NCBI GenBank assembly: GCA_046735375.1
Contig: JBKPTD010000007.1
Span: forward strand, 2,545 to 66,544
Direction: 5' to 3'
Length of the DNA stretch: 64,000 bases
Origin: Actinomycetota bacterium
GTDB taxonomy: Bacteria; Actinomycetota; Actinomycetes; JAKEEW01
This document shows, in pieces, positions 1 to 10,370 of this stretch. Position 1 is the stretch's first letter; every line of letters starts with the position of its first letter. The notes under the pieces are model-generated. The model saw nothing but the letters and a program-made list of their open reading frames with translations. It had not been told where the DNA came from and did not search any database. Made by a program: the position numbers and the translations under genes.

Positions 1-1790
1 CCGTGCAGTTCGGCGTCTTCGGCTCGGGGCAGGCCGGCGCGCAACGCTGCTGCGAGCCGGTCGACCTCTGGGCCGAGGGCGGCCGATTCGGTGGGCGCGA
101 GCGCGCCGATCTGGACTACCGTACGCCCGCCGTCGGATGCCGTCGCGCGTACCCAGACGCGGCGCCGCCTGATGCCGAGGGACAACACCAGGCCGAGCAA
201 TGCGAGGACCGCGGCGCTCAGCGCCGGTGCCAGACCGGGGTCGTCCGCGATGTCGAGATTGACCCACGGCCGCACCCCATCCAAGGTGACCGACCCAAGG
301 CCTCCGGGGAGCTGAGCCGAATCCCCGGGGGAAAGAGCGACAGCCCACGGCTGGGCTGGCTCCTTCGCGTCACGCAGCTGCGTCATCTTCTTGGTATCGA
401 GCCGATAGACAGACTGTGGGATTCCGGAGTCGAGCCCCAGATCACCCCTCCAGCCGGTGATGTAGAGCTGCGGATGCTTCACGGCAGGGAAGACCGACAT
501 TGGTCCGCGCACCGGGTCTACCACGGCAGTCGGCAGCAGGAATCCCTGGAAGCCGAGTTGCGTCTGCCCGGCGTCAGGCACCTTGATGACCCCCTGCCCG
601 GTCATCGTGGTGACGTCCTGGGTCAGGAACGGGACGGCCTGTCTGAAGACCACCTCGCCGTTCGCATCGCGTACGCTGACGACTGCCGCGTACCCGCGCG
701 CGCCGAGGAACACCTTCGTGCCTGCGACCTTCAGCGGATGGTTCACCCGAATCTCGCGGGCCTGCGCCGGCGCATCGGGATCCTTCTTGTACGTCACCTG
801 GCCGACGAAGCGGGTCGGTGCCGCGGTCGCCAGATCGTAGTCTGCGATAAACCGATCCAGCCGGAGCGAGAACGGTGGCAGCGACGATGTGTCGAACAGC
901 CGGCCGGGGTTGAAACTGTCGAACTGCGTGACCGTGTTGGCGAAGCCCTGCCCCTCGACAACGACCACGCTGGCTCGGTAGCCAAACAGCTTGCCCATCG
1001 CGAAGGCGATGAGCAGCAAGACCAGGGCGACATGGAAGAGCAGGTTGCCCAGCTCACGAAGGTAACCCTTCTCCGCGCTGATCGCAGCCGTGGCCGGCCT
1101 GGACTGCTCAGCGGCTCCGGAGGCGGCAGTGAAGGGCCCGTCAGCCGGATTCTCCCGCGCTGGACTGTCCGCCACCCTGAAGCGCCGGTCGCGCAGCACC
1201 TCGCGCGCAGCTGCGTGGACCTGGCCCGGTGTCGCAGCCGCGATCCAGCTGCGGTGTACCGGGAGCCGGTCGAGGTGCCGTGGCGCGGCCGGCGGGCGCG
1301 CGCGGGCCGTCAGGACGTGCTGGATCATGCGCGGGATGACGCAACCGACCAGCGAGATGAACAGCAGAAGGTAGATCGCCGCGAACCACGGGGCGGCAAA
1401 GACGTTGAAAAGCGACAGCCGGTCCAGGATCGGCGCCAGATCGGGGTGTTCACGGAAATAGTCGGTGACTGCGATCGGGTTGACCGCTCGCTGCGGAAAG
1501 ATCGAGCCCGGCACCGCCGCGAGGGCCAGCAGGAAAAGCAGGATCAGGGAGACCCGCATCGACGTGAGCTGGCGCCAGAACCACCGCGCCCAGCCCGCGG
1601 TGCCGAGCCGCGCGGGTGGCGACGGGATGTAGTCGCGCGGGTTGGCATAGCCGGCCTGGCCGATGCCAAGTTCCTGCCTCCCACCTGCACCGTCGAGCGC
1701 CTCGTGAGGCGGCCCATCACGACCAAGCTCCGTCGGGGACACCTGTTGCTCCGCCGATTGTTGGGCCTGGCGCGGGGATGTCGACGACAT
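1..1790 (-). CDS. resB: Cytochrome c biogenesis protein ResB/Ccs1 (3' end runs off the window)
   Basis: Not in the ORF track because there is no stop in the window. Hand translation from ATG 1790 gives ...WARWFWRQLTSMRVSLILLFLLALAAVPGSIFPQR..., the typical ResB N-terminus. It follows ccdA. Confidence 0.9.
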   Translation of the reverse strand, partial: MSSTSPRQAQQSAEQQVSPTELGRDGPPHEALDGAGGRQELGIGQAGYANPRDYIPSPPARLGTAGWARWFWRQLTSMRVSLILLFLLALAAVPGSIFPQRAVNPIAVTDYFREHPDLAPILDRLSLFNVFAAPWFAAIYLLLFISLVGCVIPRMIQHVLTARARPPAAPRHLDRLPVHRSWIAAATPGQVHAAAREVLRDRRFRVADSPARENPADGPFTAASGAAEQSRPATAAISAEKGYLRELGNLLFHVALVLLLIAFAMGKLFGYRASVVVVEGQGFANTVTQFDSFNPGRLFDTSSLPPFSLRLDRFIADYDLATAAPTRFVGQVTYKKDPDAPAQAREIRVNHPLKVAGTKVFLGARGYAAVVSVRDANGEVVFRQAVPFLTQDVTTMTGQGVIKVPDAGQTQLGFQGFLLPTAVVDPVRGPMSVFPAVKHPQLYITGWRGDLGLDSGIPQSVYRLDTKKMTQLRDAKEPAQPWAVALSPGDSAQLPGGLGSVTLDGVRPWVNLDIADDPGLAPALSAAVLALLGLVLSLGIRRRRVWVRATASDGGRTVVQIGALAPTESAALGPEVDRLAAALRAGLPRAEDAELH

Positions 1791-1793
1791 GCG

Positions 1794-2543
1794 TCAGATC
1801 GCCGTCTCGAAGCTCGACGCCCACACCCGCAGGTGGACGGAGAGGTCATTCCACAGCCCGGTCACGAGCAGCAGACCGAGCAGGACAAGCATCCCGCCGC
1901 CGACCCGCATGACCCACACGTAGTGCTCCTTCACCCAGCCGAAGGCGCCGAGAGCACGCCGGAACGCGACCGCGGCGAGCACGAAAGGCACTCCTAGCCC
2001 GAGGGAGTAGGCGATCGTCAGCATGGCGCCGCGCCCGGCACTCGCGCTCGTGAACGCCAGTGTCTGGACCGCGCCGAGGGTCGGCCCGATGCAGGGCGTC
2101 CAGCCGATCCCGAAGAGCGCTCCGAGGACCGGAGCGCCGGCGAGACCGGCCGTCGGCGCGTGATGGATGCGCCAGTCACGCTGCAGGCCTGGGATCAAGC
2201 CGATGAATACCAACCCGAAGACGACGATCAGCACGCCGAGCGCCCGGTTGATCGCGGTCTGGTGCTCGAGCAGATCCGCGCCGACATAGCCGAAGAACGC
2301 ACCGAATGATGCGAACACGACGGTGAACCCGAGGACGAAGAGCGCAGTCCCGGCCAGGATGCGGCCGCGCCGCTGTTCTGCGAGGTCGGCCCCCGACATG
2401 CCGGTGACGTACGACAGATAGCCGGGCACGAGCGGCAGCACGCACGGAGACACGAACGAGACGAGCCCCGCGATCAGCGCGACCGGCAGCGCGACGAGCA
2501 AGGAGCCGTCGGTGACAACGTCAGCGGTTGCAGACGCGGTCAT
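1794..2543 (-). CDS. ccdA: Cytochrome c biogenesis protein CcdA
   Basis: SFVSPCVLPLVPGYL and GWTPCIGPTL motifs; multiple TM helices. Confidence 0.95.
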   Translation of the reverse strand: MTASATADVVTDGSLLVALPVALIAGLVSFVSPCVLPLVPGYLSYVTGMSGADLAEQRRGRILAGTALFVLGFTVVFASFGAFFGYVGADLLEHQTAINRALGVLIVVFGLVFIGLIPGLQRDWRIHHAPTAGLAGAPVLGALFGIGWTPCIGPTLGAVQTLAFTSASAGRGAMLTIAYSLGLGVPFVLAAVAFRRALGAFGWVKEHYVWVMRVGGGMLVLLGLLLVTGLWNDLSVHLRVWASSFETAI

Positions 2544-3139
2544 GTGGCACCGGAATCGAGGACGGACCGGATGAGATCGCGCAGCTGCTCTTCAGTGAGC
2601 GGCTTGAGCGCACGGGCTGCCATCCGCCCATCCTTGTCGATGACCAGCGTGGTCGGGATGGCCTGTGGAGGCAGGGTCTCCTTGAACCTCAGCAGCAGCG
2701 CTCCATCCTGGTCCACGATGCTGGGATAGGTGATACCGAAGCGCCGCTCGAATGCCTTCGCATTGTCGTTGGTGTCGCGGGTGTCGATGCCGACGAAGCG
2801 AACCCCCTGCGTGGCGAGCTCGGTGGACACCTTCTGAAGCCCTGGCGCCTCCGCCCGGCACGGTGAGCACCACGACGCCCAGACATTCACGACGGTGACG
2901 TTGCCCCGCAGGTCGGCGAGGCTGAACGAGCTGCCGTCGAGGGTCGTGCCGGTCAGCTCGGGCGCCGGCTTCCGGTCAGACGGGTCGATGACCTGGACGG
3001 TGCCGTTGCCCGCGACATACCGCTGTCCGTTGCTGCTACTCGGTGTGACCTTTGTGTCCGCACAAGCAGCCAGCGACGCGACGCTCAGAGCGGCGATCGT
3101 GGCGATGATCATGGTGCGCACACGGGACTGCATCGTCAT
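2540..3139 (-). CDS. resA: TlpA/ResA-family thiol-disulfide oxidoreductase lipoprotein
   Basis: WASWCSPCRAE CxxC motif; lipobox-like SLAAC; operon context. Confidence 0.9.
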   Translation of the reverse strand: MTMQSRVRTMIIATIAALSVASLAACADTKVTPSSSNGQRYVAGNGTVQVIDPSDRKPAPELTGTTLDGSSFSLADLRGNVTVVNVWASWCSPCRAEAPGLQKVSTELATQGVRFVGIDTRDTNDNAKAFERRFGITYPSIVDQDGALLLRFKETLPPQAIPTTLVIDKDGRMAARALKPLTEEQLRDLIRSVLDSGAT

Positions 3140-3843
3140 GCTCCAGCGCTAAATGTGCGCGATCCCTTGACCGGCAGGAGGTCCTTCACCGGCTCGACAT
3201 AGGAGACGCTCTCGATCGCCGCACCCTCGTAGGTAAAGCTGGTCAGGCTCGCGAGCGTGCACTGGCGCCCACGGGGGTCGTGCCAGAGGCGCTTCCCCTC
3301 CACTCGGCAGCGGGTCACCCAGATAGGCAGCTGGTGACTCACGCACACGATCTCGCGTCCCGGCGCCAGTTCGCGGGCGTCCGCCATCGCAGCAAGCATC
3401 CGGCCTGCCTGATGCGTGTACGGCTCTCCCCAGGAGGGCCGGAAGGGGTTGCGCAGATAACGCCAGTAGGTCGGCCGGAGCAACGAGCCGTCGCCAACGC
3501 CAAAGGTCAGGCCCTCGAAGACGTTCTCAGCCTCGATCAGCCGGACATCCGTGCGGACGTTCAGGCCGAAGGCGGCCGCGATCGGCTCTGCCGTCTCCTG
3601 AGCACGCTCGAGCGGGGAGGACACGACAGCGGCGATGTCGTGCTGCTGATCCTTGAGATACTCCGAAACCCGGTCTGCCATCTTCCTGCCCAGCTCGGAC
3701 AGGTGATAGCCGGGGAGTCGGCCGTACAAGATCCCCTCCGGGTTGTGCACCTCACCGTGCCGGAGCAGGTGCACAACAGTTCGCCCACTGCCGGCCAGGT
3801 GGGACGCCTCTATCCCTCGCTCGCTACGACCATCCGCGCTCAC
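3136..3843 (-). CDS. Histidine phosphatase (phosphoglycerate mutase family)
   Basis: LRHGEVHNP and [10 protein letters not shown] motifs; GTG start overlapping the hemL stop (GTGA). Confidence 0.9.
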   Translation of the reverse strand: MSADGRSERGIEASHLAGSGRTVVHLLRHGEVHNPEGILYGRLPGYHLSELGRKMADRVSEYLKDQQHDIAAVVSSPLERAQETAEPIAAAFGLNVRTDVRLIEAENVFEGLTFGVGDGSLLRPTYWRYLRNPFRPSWGEPYTHQAGRMLAAMADARELAPGREIVCVSHQLPIWVTRCRVEGKRLWHDPRGRQCTLASLTSFTYEGAAIESVSYVEPVKDLLPVKGSRTFSAGA

Positions 3844-5183
3844 TGTTTCCCCCCGGATCCCACGCCCCACCCAGCCTCCGCGCCTGCCTCCGCCGCTGCT
3901 CTCGCCGCATCTGGCAGCGCGTCAACGACTCTTGCCAGAGCACCATCGTCGTGGGCGTACGACAGGAACCACACCTCGAACGCCGACGGCGGAAGGTAGA
4001 CACCACGGGCGAGCATCGCGTGGAAGAACGCGGCGAAACGTCCGGTGTCCTGGCGCCTGGCCGTCGCGAAGTCGCTGACCTCCTCGTCGGTGAAGAACAC
4101 CGAGAACATGTTCCCCGCATGCTGCACGCGGTGCGCGACCCCCTCTTTGGTAAGCGCATCGCCGACCGCGCCACGCAGTTCAAGGGCCGCCCGGTCGATA
4201 TGGTCGTACACCTCGCCGGTGGCGAGTCGCAGGGTGGCCAGGCCAGCCGCGGCAGCGACTGGGTTTCCTGACAAGGTGCCCGCCTGGTAAACCGGACCAG
4301 CCGGAGCCAGGTGCTCCATCACATCGCGGCGGCCGCCGAACGCGGCAGCAGGGAACCCGCCCCCCATCACTTTGCCGAAAGTGAACAGATCTGGGGTAAC
4401 CGGGTCGAATCCCCACCAGCCGGCGCGGCCGACTCTGAACCCGGTCATCACCTCGTCGGAGATGAACAACGCGCCGTGTCGCCGGCACTCCTGCGCGATC
4501 GCCTCGGTGAAGCCGGGCAGCGGAGGGACGACGCCCATGTTGCCGGGGACCGCCTCGGTGATGACGCAGGCGATCTCGCCACCGCGCTCGGCGAAGAGCG
4601 CCGCGAGCGCGTCGCGATCGTTGTACGGGAGGACGATAGTGTCGGCCGCTTGCGCGCCCGTGACGCCTGGGCTGTCCGGTAGGGCGAAGGTGGCGACGCC
4701 GGATCCGGCGCTGGCCAGCAGCGCGTCGACATGACCGTGGTAGCAGCCCGAGAACTTCACGACCTTGCTGCGGCCGGTGACTCCGCGAGCTAGCCGCAGC
4801 GCCGACATCGTGGCCTCGGTGCCGGAGTTGACCAGCCGAACCTGCTCCGCGGGCGGCACTCGCCTGGTGATCTCCTCAGCCAGCAGGACCTCGTGCTCCG
4901 TCGGCGCGCCAAAGGAGGTACCGCCGTCGAGAGCCCGGCGTGCCTCGCCGACCACCTCAGGATGCGCGTGGCCGAGGAGTAGTGGTCCCCACGAGCACAC
5001 CAGGTCGACGTACTCTCGCCCGTCGGCGTCGGTGAGGTATGGCCCACGGCCGGTCGCCATGAATCTCGGCGTGCCGCCCACCGCTCCGAACGCCCGAACG
5101 GGCGAATTCACCCCGCCAGGGATCACGCCCTGCGCCCGGGCGAACAGCGCGGCAGACGCCGGGGCGTCGAACGGGTACGGCAC
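3840..5183 (-). CDS. hemL: Glutamate-1-semialdehyde 2,1-aminomutase
   Basis: [27 protein letters not shown] and [10 protein letters not shown] motifs. Confidence 0.97.
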   Translation of the reverse strand: MPYPFDAPASAALFARAQGVIPGGVNSPVRAFGAVGGTPRFMATGRGPYLTDADGREYVDLVCSWGPLLLGHAHPEVVGEARRALDGGTSFGAPTEHEVLLAEEITRRVPPAEQVRLVNSGTEATMSALRLARGVTGRSKVVKFSGCYHGHVDALLASAGSGVATFALPDSPGVTGAQAADTIVLPYNDRDALAALFAERGGEIACVITEAVPGNMGVVPPLPGFTEAIAQECRRHGALFISDEVMTGFRVGRAGWWGFDPVTPDLFTFGKVMGGGFPAAAFGGRRDVMEHLAPAGPVYQAGTLSGNPVAAAAGLATLRLATGEVYDHIDRAALELRGAVGDALTKEGVAHRVQHAGNMFSVFFTDEEVSDFATARRQDTGRFAAFFHAMLARGVYLPPSAFEVWFLSYAHDDGALARVVDALPDAARAAAEAGAEAGWGVGSGGKQ

Positions 5184-5225
5184 GGGCCAAGTCTCTCAAC
5201 CGAGTCCACCAACGAAGCCACCACC

Positions 5226-5272
5226 CTAGGCGCGTGGCCCCGCGGCAATCGCCTTACAACCGCGACCACTAG
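5226..5272. repeat. CTAG-bounded remnant carrying one end of the MITE-like family
   Basis: 5253-5272 cttacaaccgcgaccactag matches the right end of the 30517-30681 element (cttacgggcgcgaccactag) at 17/20; a second CTAG lies at 5226. Confidence 0.6.
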
Positions 5273-6493
5273 CTACGAGGCCATCCGCTTCTGGAGGTTC
5301 TCGTCCAGGGCGGCCAGGAACTCCTCAGTGGTCAGCCACGGTGTGCCGTCGCCGACGAGCAGGGCCAGGTCCTTGGTCATCTGACCAGCCTCGACCGTCT
5401 GAACACACACCTGCTCGAGCGCGTGAGCGAAGGCCTCGACCTCGGGGGTACCGTCGAGCCGCCCGCGATGGGTCAGCCCTCGCGTCCACGCGAAGATGGA
5501 GGCAATCGGGTTGGTGGACGTCTTCTCGCCACGCTGGTGGGCGCGATAGTGCCTGGTCACGGTGCCATGAGCCGCCTCGGCTTCCACGGTGTGACCGTCC
5601 GGGGTCATCAGGACCGAGGTCATCAAGCCGAGCGAACCGAAGCCTTGGGCGACTGTGTCGGACTGGACGTCGCCGTCGTAGTTCTTGCAGGCCCAGACGA
5701 AGCCGCCCTCCCACTTGAGTGCGGAAGCGACCATGTCGTCGATGAGGCGGTGCTCGTAGGTGAGACCTGTGGCCTCGAACTCACCTTTGAATTCGGACTC
5801 GAAGACCTCGGCGAACAGGTCCTTGAACCGCCCGTCGTAGGCCTTGAGGATGGTGTTCTTCGTCGAGAGGTAGACCGGGTAGCCGCGGTCCAGGCCGTAC
5901 CGGAACGAAGCGCGCGCGAAGTCACGGATCGAGTCGTCGAAGTTGTACATGCCCATGGCAACGCCGCCGCCACTGAAGTCGGCGATGGTCATCTCCATCG
6001 GTGCGCCACCATCGGCCGGCGTGTAGGTGATGGTCACGCTGCCAGGACCGGGCACCACGAAGTCCGTGGCCTTGTACTGGTCGCCGTGGGCGTGACGGCC
6101 GACCACGATCGGTTTGGTCCAGCTCGTGACCAGCCGCGGCACGTTCGACATGACGATCGGCTCGCGGAAGATGACGCCGCCCAGGATGTTGCGGATGGTG
6201 CCATTCGGCGACTTCCACATCTTCTTGAGGCCGAACTCTGCCACCCGCGCTTCGTCGGGCGTGATCGTCGCGCACTTCACCCCAACGCCGTGCTCCTTGA
6301 TGGCGTGAGCGGCGTCGACGGTCACCTGGTCGTCGGTCGCATCGCGATTCTGGATCGACAAGTCGAAGTAGCGCAGATCCACGTCGAGGTAGGGCAGGAC
6401 CAGCTGCTCCTTGATGAACGCCCAGATGATTCTGGTCATCTCGTCGCCGTCGAGCTCAACGATTGGACCGGCTACCTTGATCTTGCTCACCAT
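5273..6493 (-). CDS. icd: NADP-dependent isocitrate dehydrogenase (eukaryote-like dimeric type)
   Basis: [31 protein letters not shown] and [12 protein letters not shown] motifs. Confidence 0.97.
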   Translation of the reverse strand: MVSKIKVAGPIVELDGDEMTRIIWAFIKEQLVLPYLDVDLRYFDLSIQNRDATDDQVTVDAAHAIKEHGVGVKCATITPDEARVAEFGLKKMWKSPNGTIRNILGGVIFREPIVMSNVPRLVTSWTKPIVVGRHAHGDQYKATDFVVPGPGSVTITYTPADGGAPMEMTIADFSGGGVAMGMYNFDDSIRDFARASFRYGLDRGYPVYLSTKNTILKAYDGRFKDLFAEVFESEFKGEFEATGLTYEHRLIDDMVASALKWEGGFVWACKNYDGDVQSDTVAQGFGSLGLMTSVLMTPDGHTVEAEAAHGTVTRHYRAHQRGEKTSTNPIASIFAWTRGLTHRGRLDGTPEVEAFAHALEQVCVQTVEAGQMTKDLALLVGDGTPWLTTEEFLAALDENLQKRMAS

Positions 6494-6498
6494 TGCTC

Positions 6499-6662
6499 CT
6501 AGTGTCCCTCACCACAAATTCGCCGCATATCTCCGCGCCCATTCGGCGCCTCGCTGCGTTCTCGTCGTCGCCGCTAGCGCTGCTAGCGGCCTCCTCCTCG
6601 GCCTTGCGATGCATCCACCTGGCCACGAATCTATGCACCGAATTTCTGGCTCGGCACACTAG
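6499..6662. mobile_element. CTAG-flanked MITE-like element, copy A (core inverted relative to copies B and C)
   Basis: CTAG at both ends; imperfect TIRs tgtccctcaccacaaattcg / cgaatttctggctcggcaca; the ~70-bp core is the reverse complement of the cores at 30517 and 59246. Confidence 0.75.
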
Positions 6663-6693
6663 CTCAGTGATTACGTCGGGGGCGCCGGGACCA

Positions 6694-7650
6694 CTAGAGG
6701 TTCTGCACGTCGGCTTGCTTGGCGCGGACGGCCTCGGCAGCCTCGGCGAGCCCCGCACGCTCGTTGTCGGTCAGATCCGTCTCGATGACCCGGCGCACAC
6801 CGGTCGCGCCGATCTCAGCCTCGACACCCAGGTAGACGCCGCTGATTCCGTACTCGCCATCAACCCAGGCGCAGACCGGCAATACGGCACCGGAGTCCTC
6901 GGCCACCGCACGCGCCATCCGAGCCGCGGCTGCAGACGGCGCATAGTAGGCGGAGCCCGTCTTGAGCAGGGCGACAACCTCGGCGCCGCCGTTGCGCGTC
7001 CTCGTGACCAGCTCCTCGATCTCCTCGGCGGGGAGCAGATCGATCAGCGGCTGGCCGTCGACCGAACACCGCGACGGCACCGGCACCATGGTGTCTCCGT
7101 GCGAGCCAAGCGTCAGCGTCTCAACGCTCGCAATAGGCACCGCGAGCCTTTCCGCGACGAAATGACTGAAGCGCGCCGTGTCGAGCATCCCCGCCTGCCC
7201 CATGACGCGGTTCCTGGGAAAGCCGGTCACCAGCTGGGTAAGGGCGGTCATCTCGTCCAGCGGGTTCGAGACGACGATCACGACCGAGTTCGGGGCATAT
7301 TTCGCGACGTTCTCCGCCACCTGCCTGACGATCTTGGCGTTGATCTCGATGAGGTCCATCCGGCTCATGCCAGGCTTGCGTGGCAGACCAGCGGTGATCA
7401 CGATGAGGTCTGAGCCCTCGATGGCTTCGTATCCCTCGCCGTCCTGGCCGGTCGTCTTGCCGACCACCTTGGTCTCGAACCTCTCGATCGGCCGTGACTG
7501 ATTCATGTCAAGCGCGATGCCCTCGGGCTTGCCCTCGATGATGTCGGTAAGCACGACGGTCTCGAAGATGTCGTATTCGGCCAGCCGCATCGCCGTCGTC
7601 GAACCGTAGAACCCGGCACCGACGACGGTCACCTTCCCCTTGCGCGCCAT
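6694..7650 (-). CDS. mdh: Malate dehydrogenase, LDH-like type
   Basis: GAGFYG, TAGLPRKPGMSRMDL, SNPLD, LDTARF, LGSHGD and TGSAYYAP motifs. Confidence 0.93.
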   Translation of the reverse strand: MARKGKVTVVGAGFYGSTTAMRLAEYDIFETVVLTDIIEGKPEGIALDMNQSRPIERFETKVVGKTTGQDGEGYEAIEGSDLIVITAGLPRKPGMSRMDLIEINAKIVRQVAENVAKYAPNSVVIVVSNPLDEMTALTQLVTGFPRNRVMGQAGMLDTARFSHFVAERLAVPIASVETLTLGSHGDTMVPVPSRCSVDGQPLIDLLPAEEIEELVTRTRNGGAEVVALLKTGSAYYAPSAAAARMARAVAEDSGAVLPVCAWVDGEYGISGVYLGVEAEIGATGVRRVIETDLTDNERAGLAEAAEAVRAKQADVQNL

Positions 7651-7817
7651 GCGGTCGCCCTCTCCTTGTCGCGTTCGATGGTGTACGCCCGACGCCGGCA
7701 AAAGATCACAACGTCGAGTCCATGTCTCTTGGCATCAAGAGAAACCCGGGTACGAGCCTAAACCACCCTCGCGGCCACCCGTACCCGGGCAGCCGTCGGA
7801 GAGGGCAGCCGAGCGGC

Positions 7818-8144
7818 TCACGAGGGTGGCGGGACGATCAGGGCGAAGAAGAGCAGCCCGGCGCCAAGGCCCCCTAGCGTGAGGACGTCGATCAGGCGGC
7901 TGCGGACCGCAAGCAAGCCGGCCTCACGTGCGGGCAACACCAGCCGCAGGGCCGCCGCAAGGAGGACGAAGAGCGCGAGCAGAACCGTACCGCGGCGGAA
8001 GTGGTTGAGGGCGACGACGAGCAGCGACACCCCAACTCCGAGGAGGATCAGCGTGATCGGCCACTCGCGCGGAAGCGAGCGCCGGGCTCGCTGCGCGTGC
8101 CTCGCTGTTTCCGGAGTCGGACGGGGAGCGGGAGGTTCACTCAC
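7818..8144 (-). CDS. DUF3017 membrane protein
   Basis: HFRRG...LRLVLP...AGLLAVRSR pattern; usual neighbour of folD. Confidence 0.8.
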   Translation of the reverse strand: MSEPPAPRPTPETARHAQRARRSLPREWPITLILLGVGVSLLVVALNHFRRGTVLLALFVLLAAALRLVLPAREAGLLAVRSRLIDVLTLGGLGAGLLFFALIVPPPS

Positions 8145-9277
8145 CGAGCCTCGATCGGCGTCCACTTCTGGTCCCGCTCTCCTATGTATTCGCTGTCCGG
8201 CCTGATCAGCCGGTTGTCCAGGTGCTGCTCGATCACGTGGGCGGTCCAGCCCGACATGCGCGATACGGCGAAGACCGGCGTGAAGAGATCGGTCGGGATC
8301 CCCAGATAGTGATAGACGGTGGCGGCGAAGAAGTCGACGTTCGGCCGCAGCCCCTTGGCGTCGAGCACGACTTGCTCCATCCGTCGCGACATTTCGTAAT
8401 AGGTGCGGTCGCCGCGCATATCGGCGAGTTCCTCCGACATGCGGCGCAGGTGGCTGGCCCGCGGGTCCTCAGCCTTGTAGACCCGGTGCCCGAAGCCCAT
8501 GATCTTCTGTCCGCCGTCCAGGGCTTGCCTGACCCACGGCTCGACGCCGTCGACGCCGCCCGGTATGGCCAGCAGCGTGTTCATCACCGCCTCGTTGGCA
8601 CCGCCGTGGAGCGGTCCGCGCAGCGCGCCCATCGCGGCTGTAATCGCCGAGTGCATGTCCGAGAGGGTGGCCGCGACGACGCGTGCGGTGAAGGTCGACG
8701 CGTTCATCGTGTGGTCGGCGTGCAGGACCAGGCATTCGTCGAAGATCTCTGCCGCCCGCGGCTCCGGTGGGCTGCCACTGATCTGAAAGAGGAAGTTGCC
8801 GGCTATGCCGAGGGATGGGTCTGGCTCAGGAAGCTTGGCCGCGTCACCGCTTGTCCTAGTCGCGTGGTACTTGGCGACGAGGATCGGCATTTGGGCGATG
8901 AGGCGTACCGCCTTGCGCTGATTCGCGTCGGGTGAGGAGTCCGCGGCATCCGGATCGTCCGTGGAGAGCGAGGACACCAGCGTTCTCAGTGCCTCCATGG
9001 GCGTGCCCGACGTGACGACATAGGGCAGCACCGCCTCCGGCGTCGGGCCGATCTGCCTCGCGGCCGCCAACTCGGCAACAAGTCCGTCCAGTTGCTCCCG
9101 CGTGGGGAGGCTGCCTCGGACGAGAAGGTGGATGCATTCCTCGAAGGAGATGCGCCCGGCGAGGTCGTGGATGTCATAACCGCGGTACGACAGGCGGCCG
9201 GCCGCGCCGTCGATGTCGGACAGAGCGGTCGACGCCGCCACGACATCGGCCAAACCCCGAGTCGGCTTGTCGGCCAT
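8141..9277 (-). CDS. Citrate synthase / 2-methylcitrate synthase (type I, CitZ/PrpC-like)
   Basis: LSYRGYDI, ADHTMNASTF, GPLHGGANE, MGFGHRVYK and PNVDFF motifs. Confidence 0.92.
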   Translation of the reverse strand: MADKPTRGLADVVAASTALSDIDGAAGRLSYRGYDIHDLAGRISFEECIHLLVRGSLPTREQLDGLVAELAAARQIGPTPEAVLPYVVTSGTPMEALRTLVSSLSTDDPDAADSSPDANQRKAVRLIAQMPILVAKYHATRTSGDAAKLPEPDPSLGIAGNFLFQISGSPPEPRAAEIFDECLVLHADHTMNASTFTARVVAATLSDMHSAITAAMGALRGPLHGGANEAVMNTLLAIPGGVDGVEPWVRQALDGGQKIMGFGHRVYKAEDPRASHLRRMSEELADMRGDRTYYEMSRRMEQVVLDAKGLRPNVDFFAATVYHYLGIPTDLFTPVFAVSRMSGWTAHVIEQHLDNRLIRPDSEYIGERDQKWTPIEAR

Positions 9278-9305
9278 TGGTGTTCCTCCTGGCGATAAGA
9301 GACTG

Positions 9306-10184
9306 CTACCCGCGCCCGTCGGCGTGCCTTTCCGCGGCTTCGACCACGTTCGTGAGAAGCATTGCGCGGGTCATTGGTCCGACGCCACCGGGTACCGGGG
9401 ATAGCCATCCCGCGATGTCGGCAACGGCGGGTGCCACATCCCCGACGAGCCCGTTCGCGGTCCTCGTGATCCCAACGTCGACAACGGCGGCGCCCGGTTT
9501 GACCATGTCGGCTGTGATAAGTCCCGGCGAGCCGGTGGCAGCGACCACTATGTCCGCGCGGCTGGTGTGGGCCGCCAGATCCTTTGTCCCGGTGTGGCAG
9601 GACGTCACGGTCGCGTTCTCGCTGCGGCGGGTGAGCAGGAGACCGAGTGATCGGCCGACCGTGATGCCACGCCCGACGATGACCACGTCGGCGCCGGCGA
9701 TCGTGACATCGAAACGGCGCAGCAACTCGACGATGCCGCGTGGAGTGCCGGGCAGTGGCGCCGGCACACCGAGGACCAGCCGGCCGAGGTTGACCGGATG
9801 CAATCCGTCGGCATCCTTGGCCGGATCGATCAGCTCAAGGATCCGGTTGGCGTCGAGATGATCGGGGAGGGGCAGCTGAACGATAAAGCCCGTGCAGGCC
9901 AGATCGGCATTGAGCTCACGTACCACCACTTCGACCTCGGCCTGGCTCGCCTCACCCGGGAGTTCGCGACTGATGCTCGCGATGCCCACTTCGGCGCTGT
10001 CGCGATGCTTACCGGCGACGTAGACGCGGCTGCCGGGGTCATCACCCACCAAGATCGTCCCCAGGCCGGGCGTCGCGCCCATCGCCGTCAAGCGGGAGAT
10101 CCGATCCTTCAGCTCGCCGCGGATCGCGGCGGCGGTCGAGCGACCGTCGAGAACTCGGGCTCCCACAGCTACCCAGTCTTCCAT
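9306..10184 (-). CDS. folD: Methylenetetrahydrofolate dehydrogenase/cyclohydrolase
   Basis: [14 protein letters not shown] and [10 protein letters not shown] motifs. Confidence 0.96.
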   Translation of the reverse strand: MEDWVAVGARVLDGRSTAAAIRGELKDRISRLTAMGATPGLGTILVGDDPGSRVYVAGKHRDSAEVGIASISRELPGEASQAEVEVVVRELNADLACTGFIVQLPLPDHLDANRILELIDPAKDADGLHPVNLGRLVLGVPAPLPGTPRGIVELLRRFDVTIAGADVVIVGRGITVGRSLGLLLTRRSENATVTSCHTGTKDLAAHTSRADIVVAATGSPGLITADMVKPGAAVVDVGITRTANGLVGDVAPAVADIAGWLSPVPGGVGPMTRAMLLTNVVEAAERHADGRG

Positions 10185-10370
10185 GCCGCCGGATGGAAGC
10201 CCTCGATCGCCTCAGCGCCACCGGGTCCGCGACCAGGTCGTGCGTCTTTGGCCGGGCGGCGGAACTCCGCTCCCTGGTGCATCAGATCCGGTCCGGAATG
10301 TTCGTCTCCTCGATGCACCCAGGGCACGAAGTGATGTCTACGGGCACCTAGTTCGCCCCTGCGAAAGCAG

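Noticed and set aside
3-1997. 664-aa plus-strand ORF, and the many other long antisense ORFs in the track
   Set aside because: Shadow frames of real genes on the opposite strand (here resB/ccdA), typical of high-GC DNA; no family motifs.
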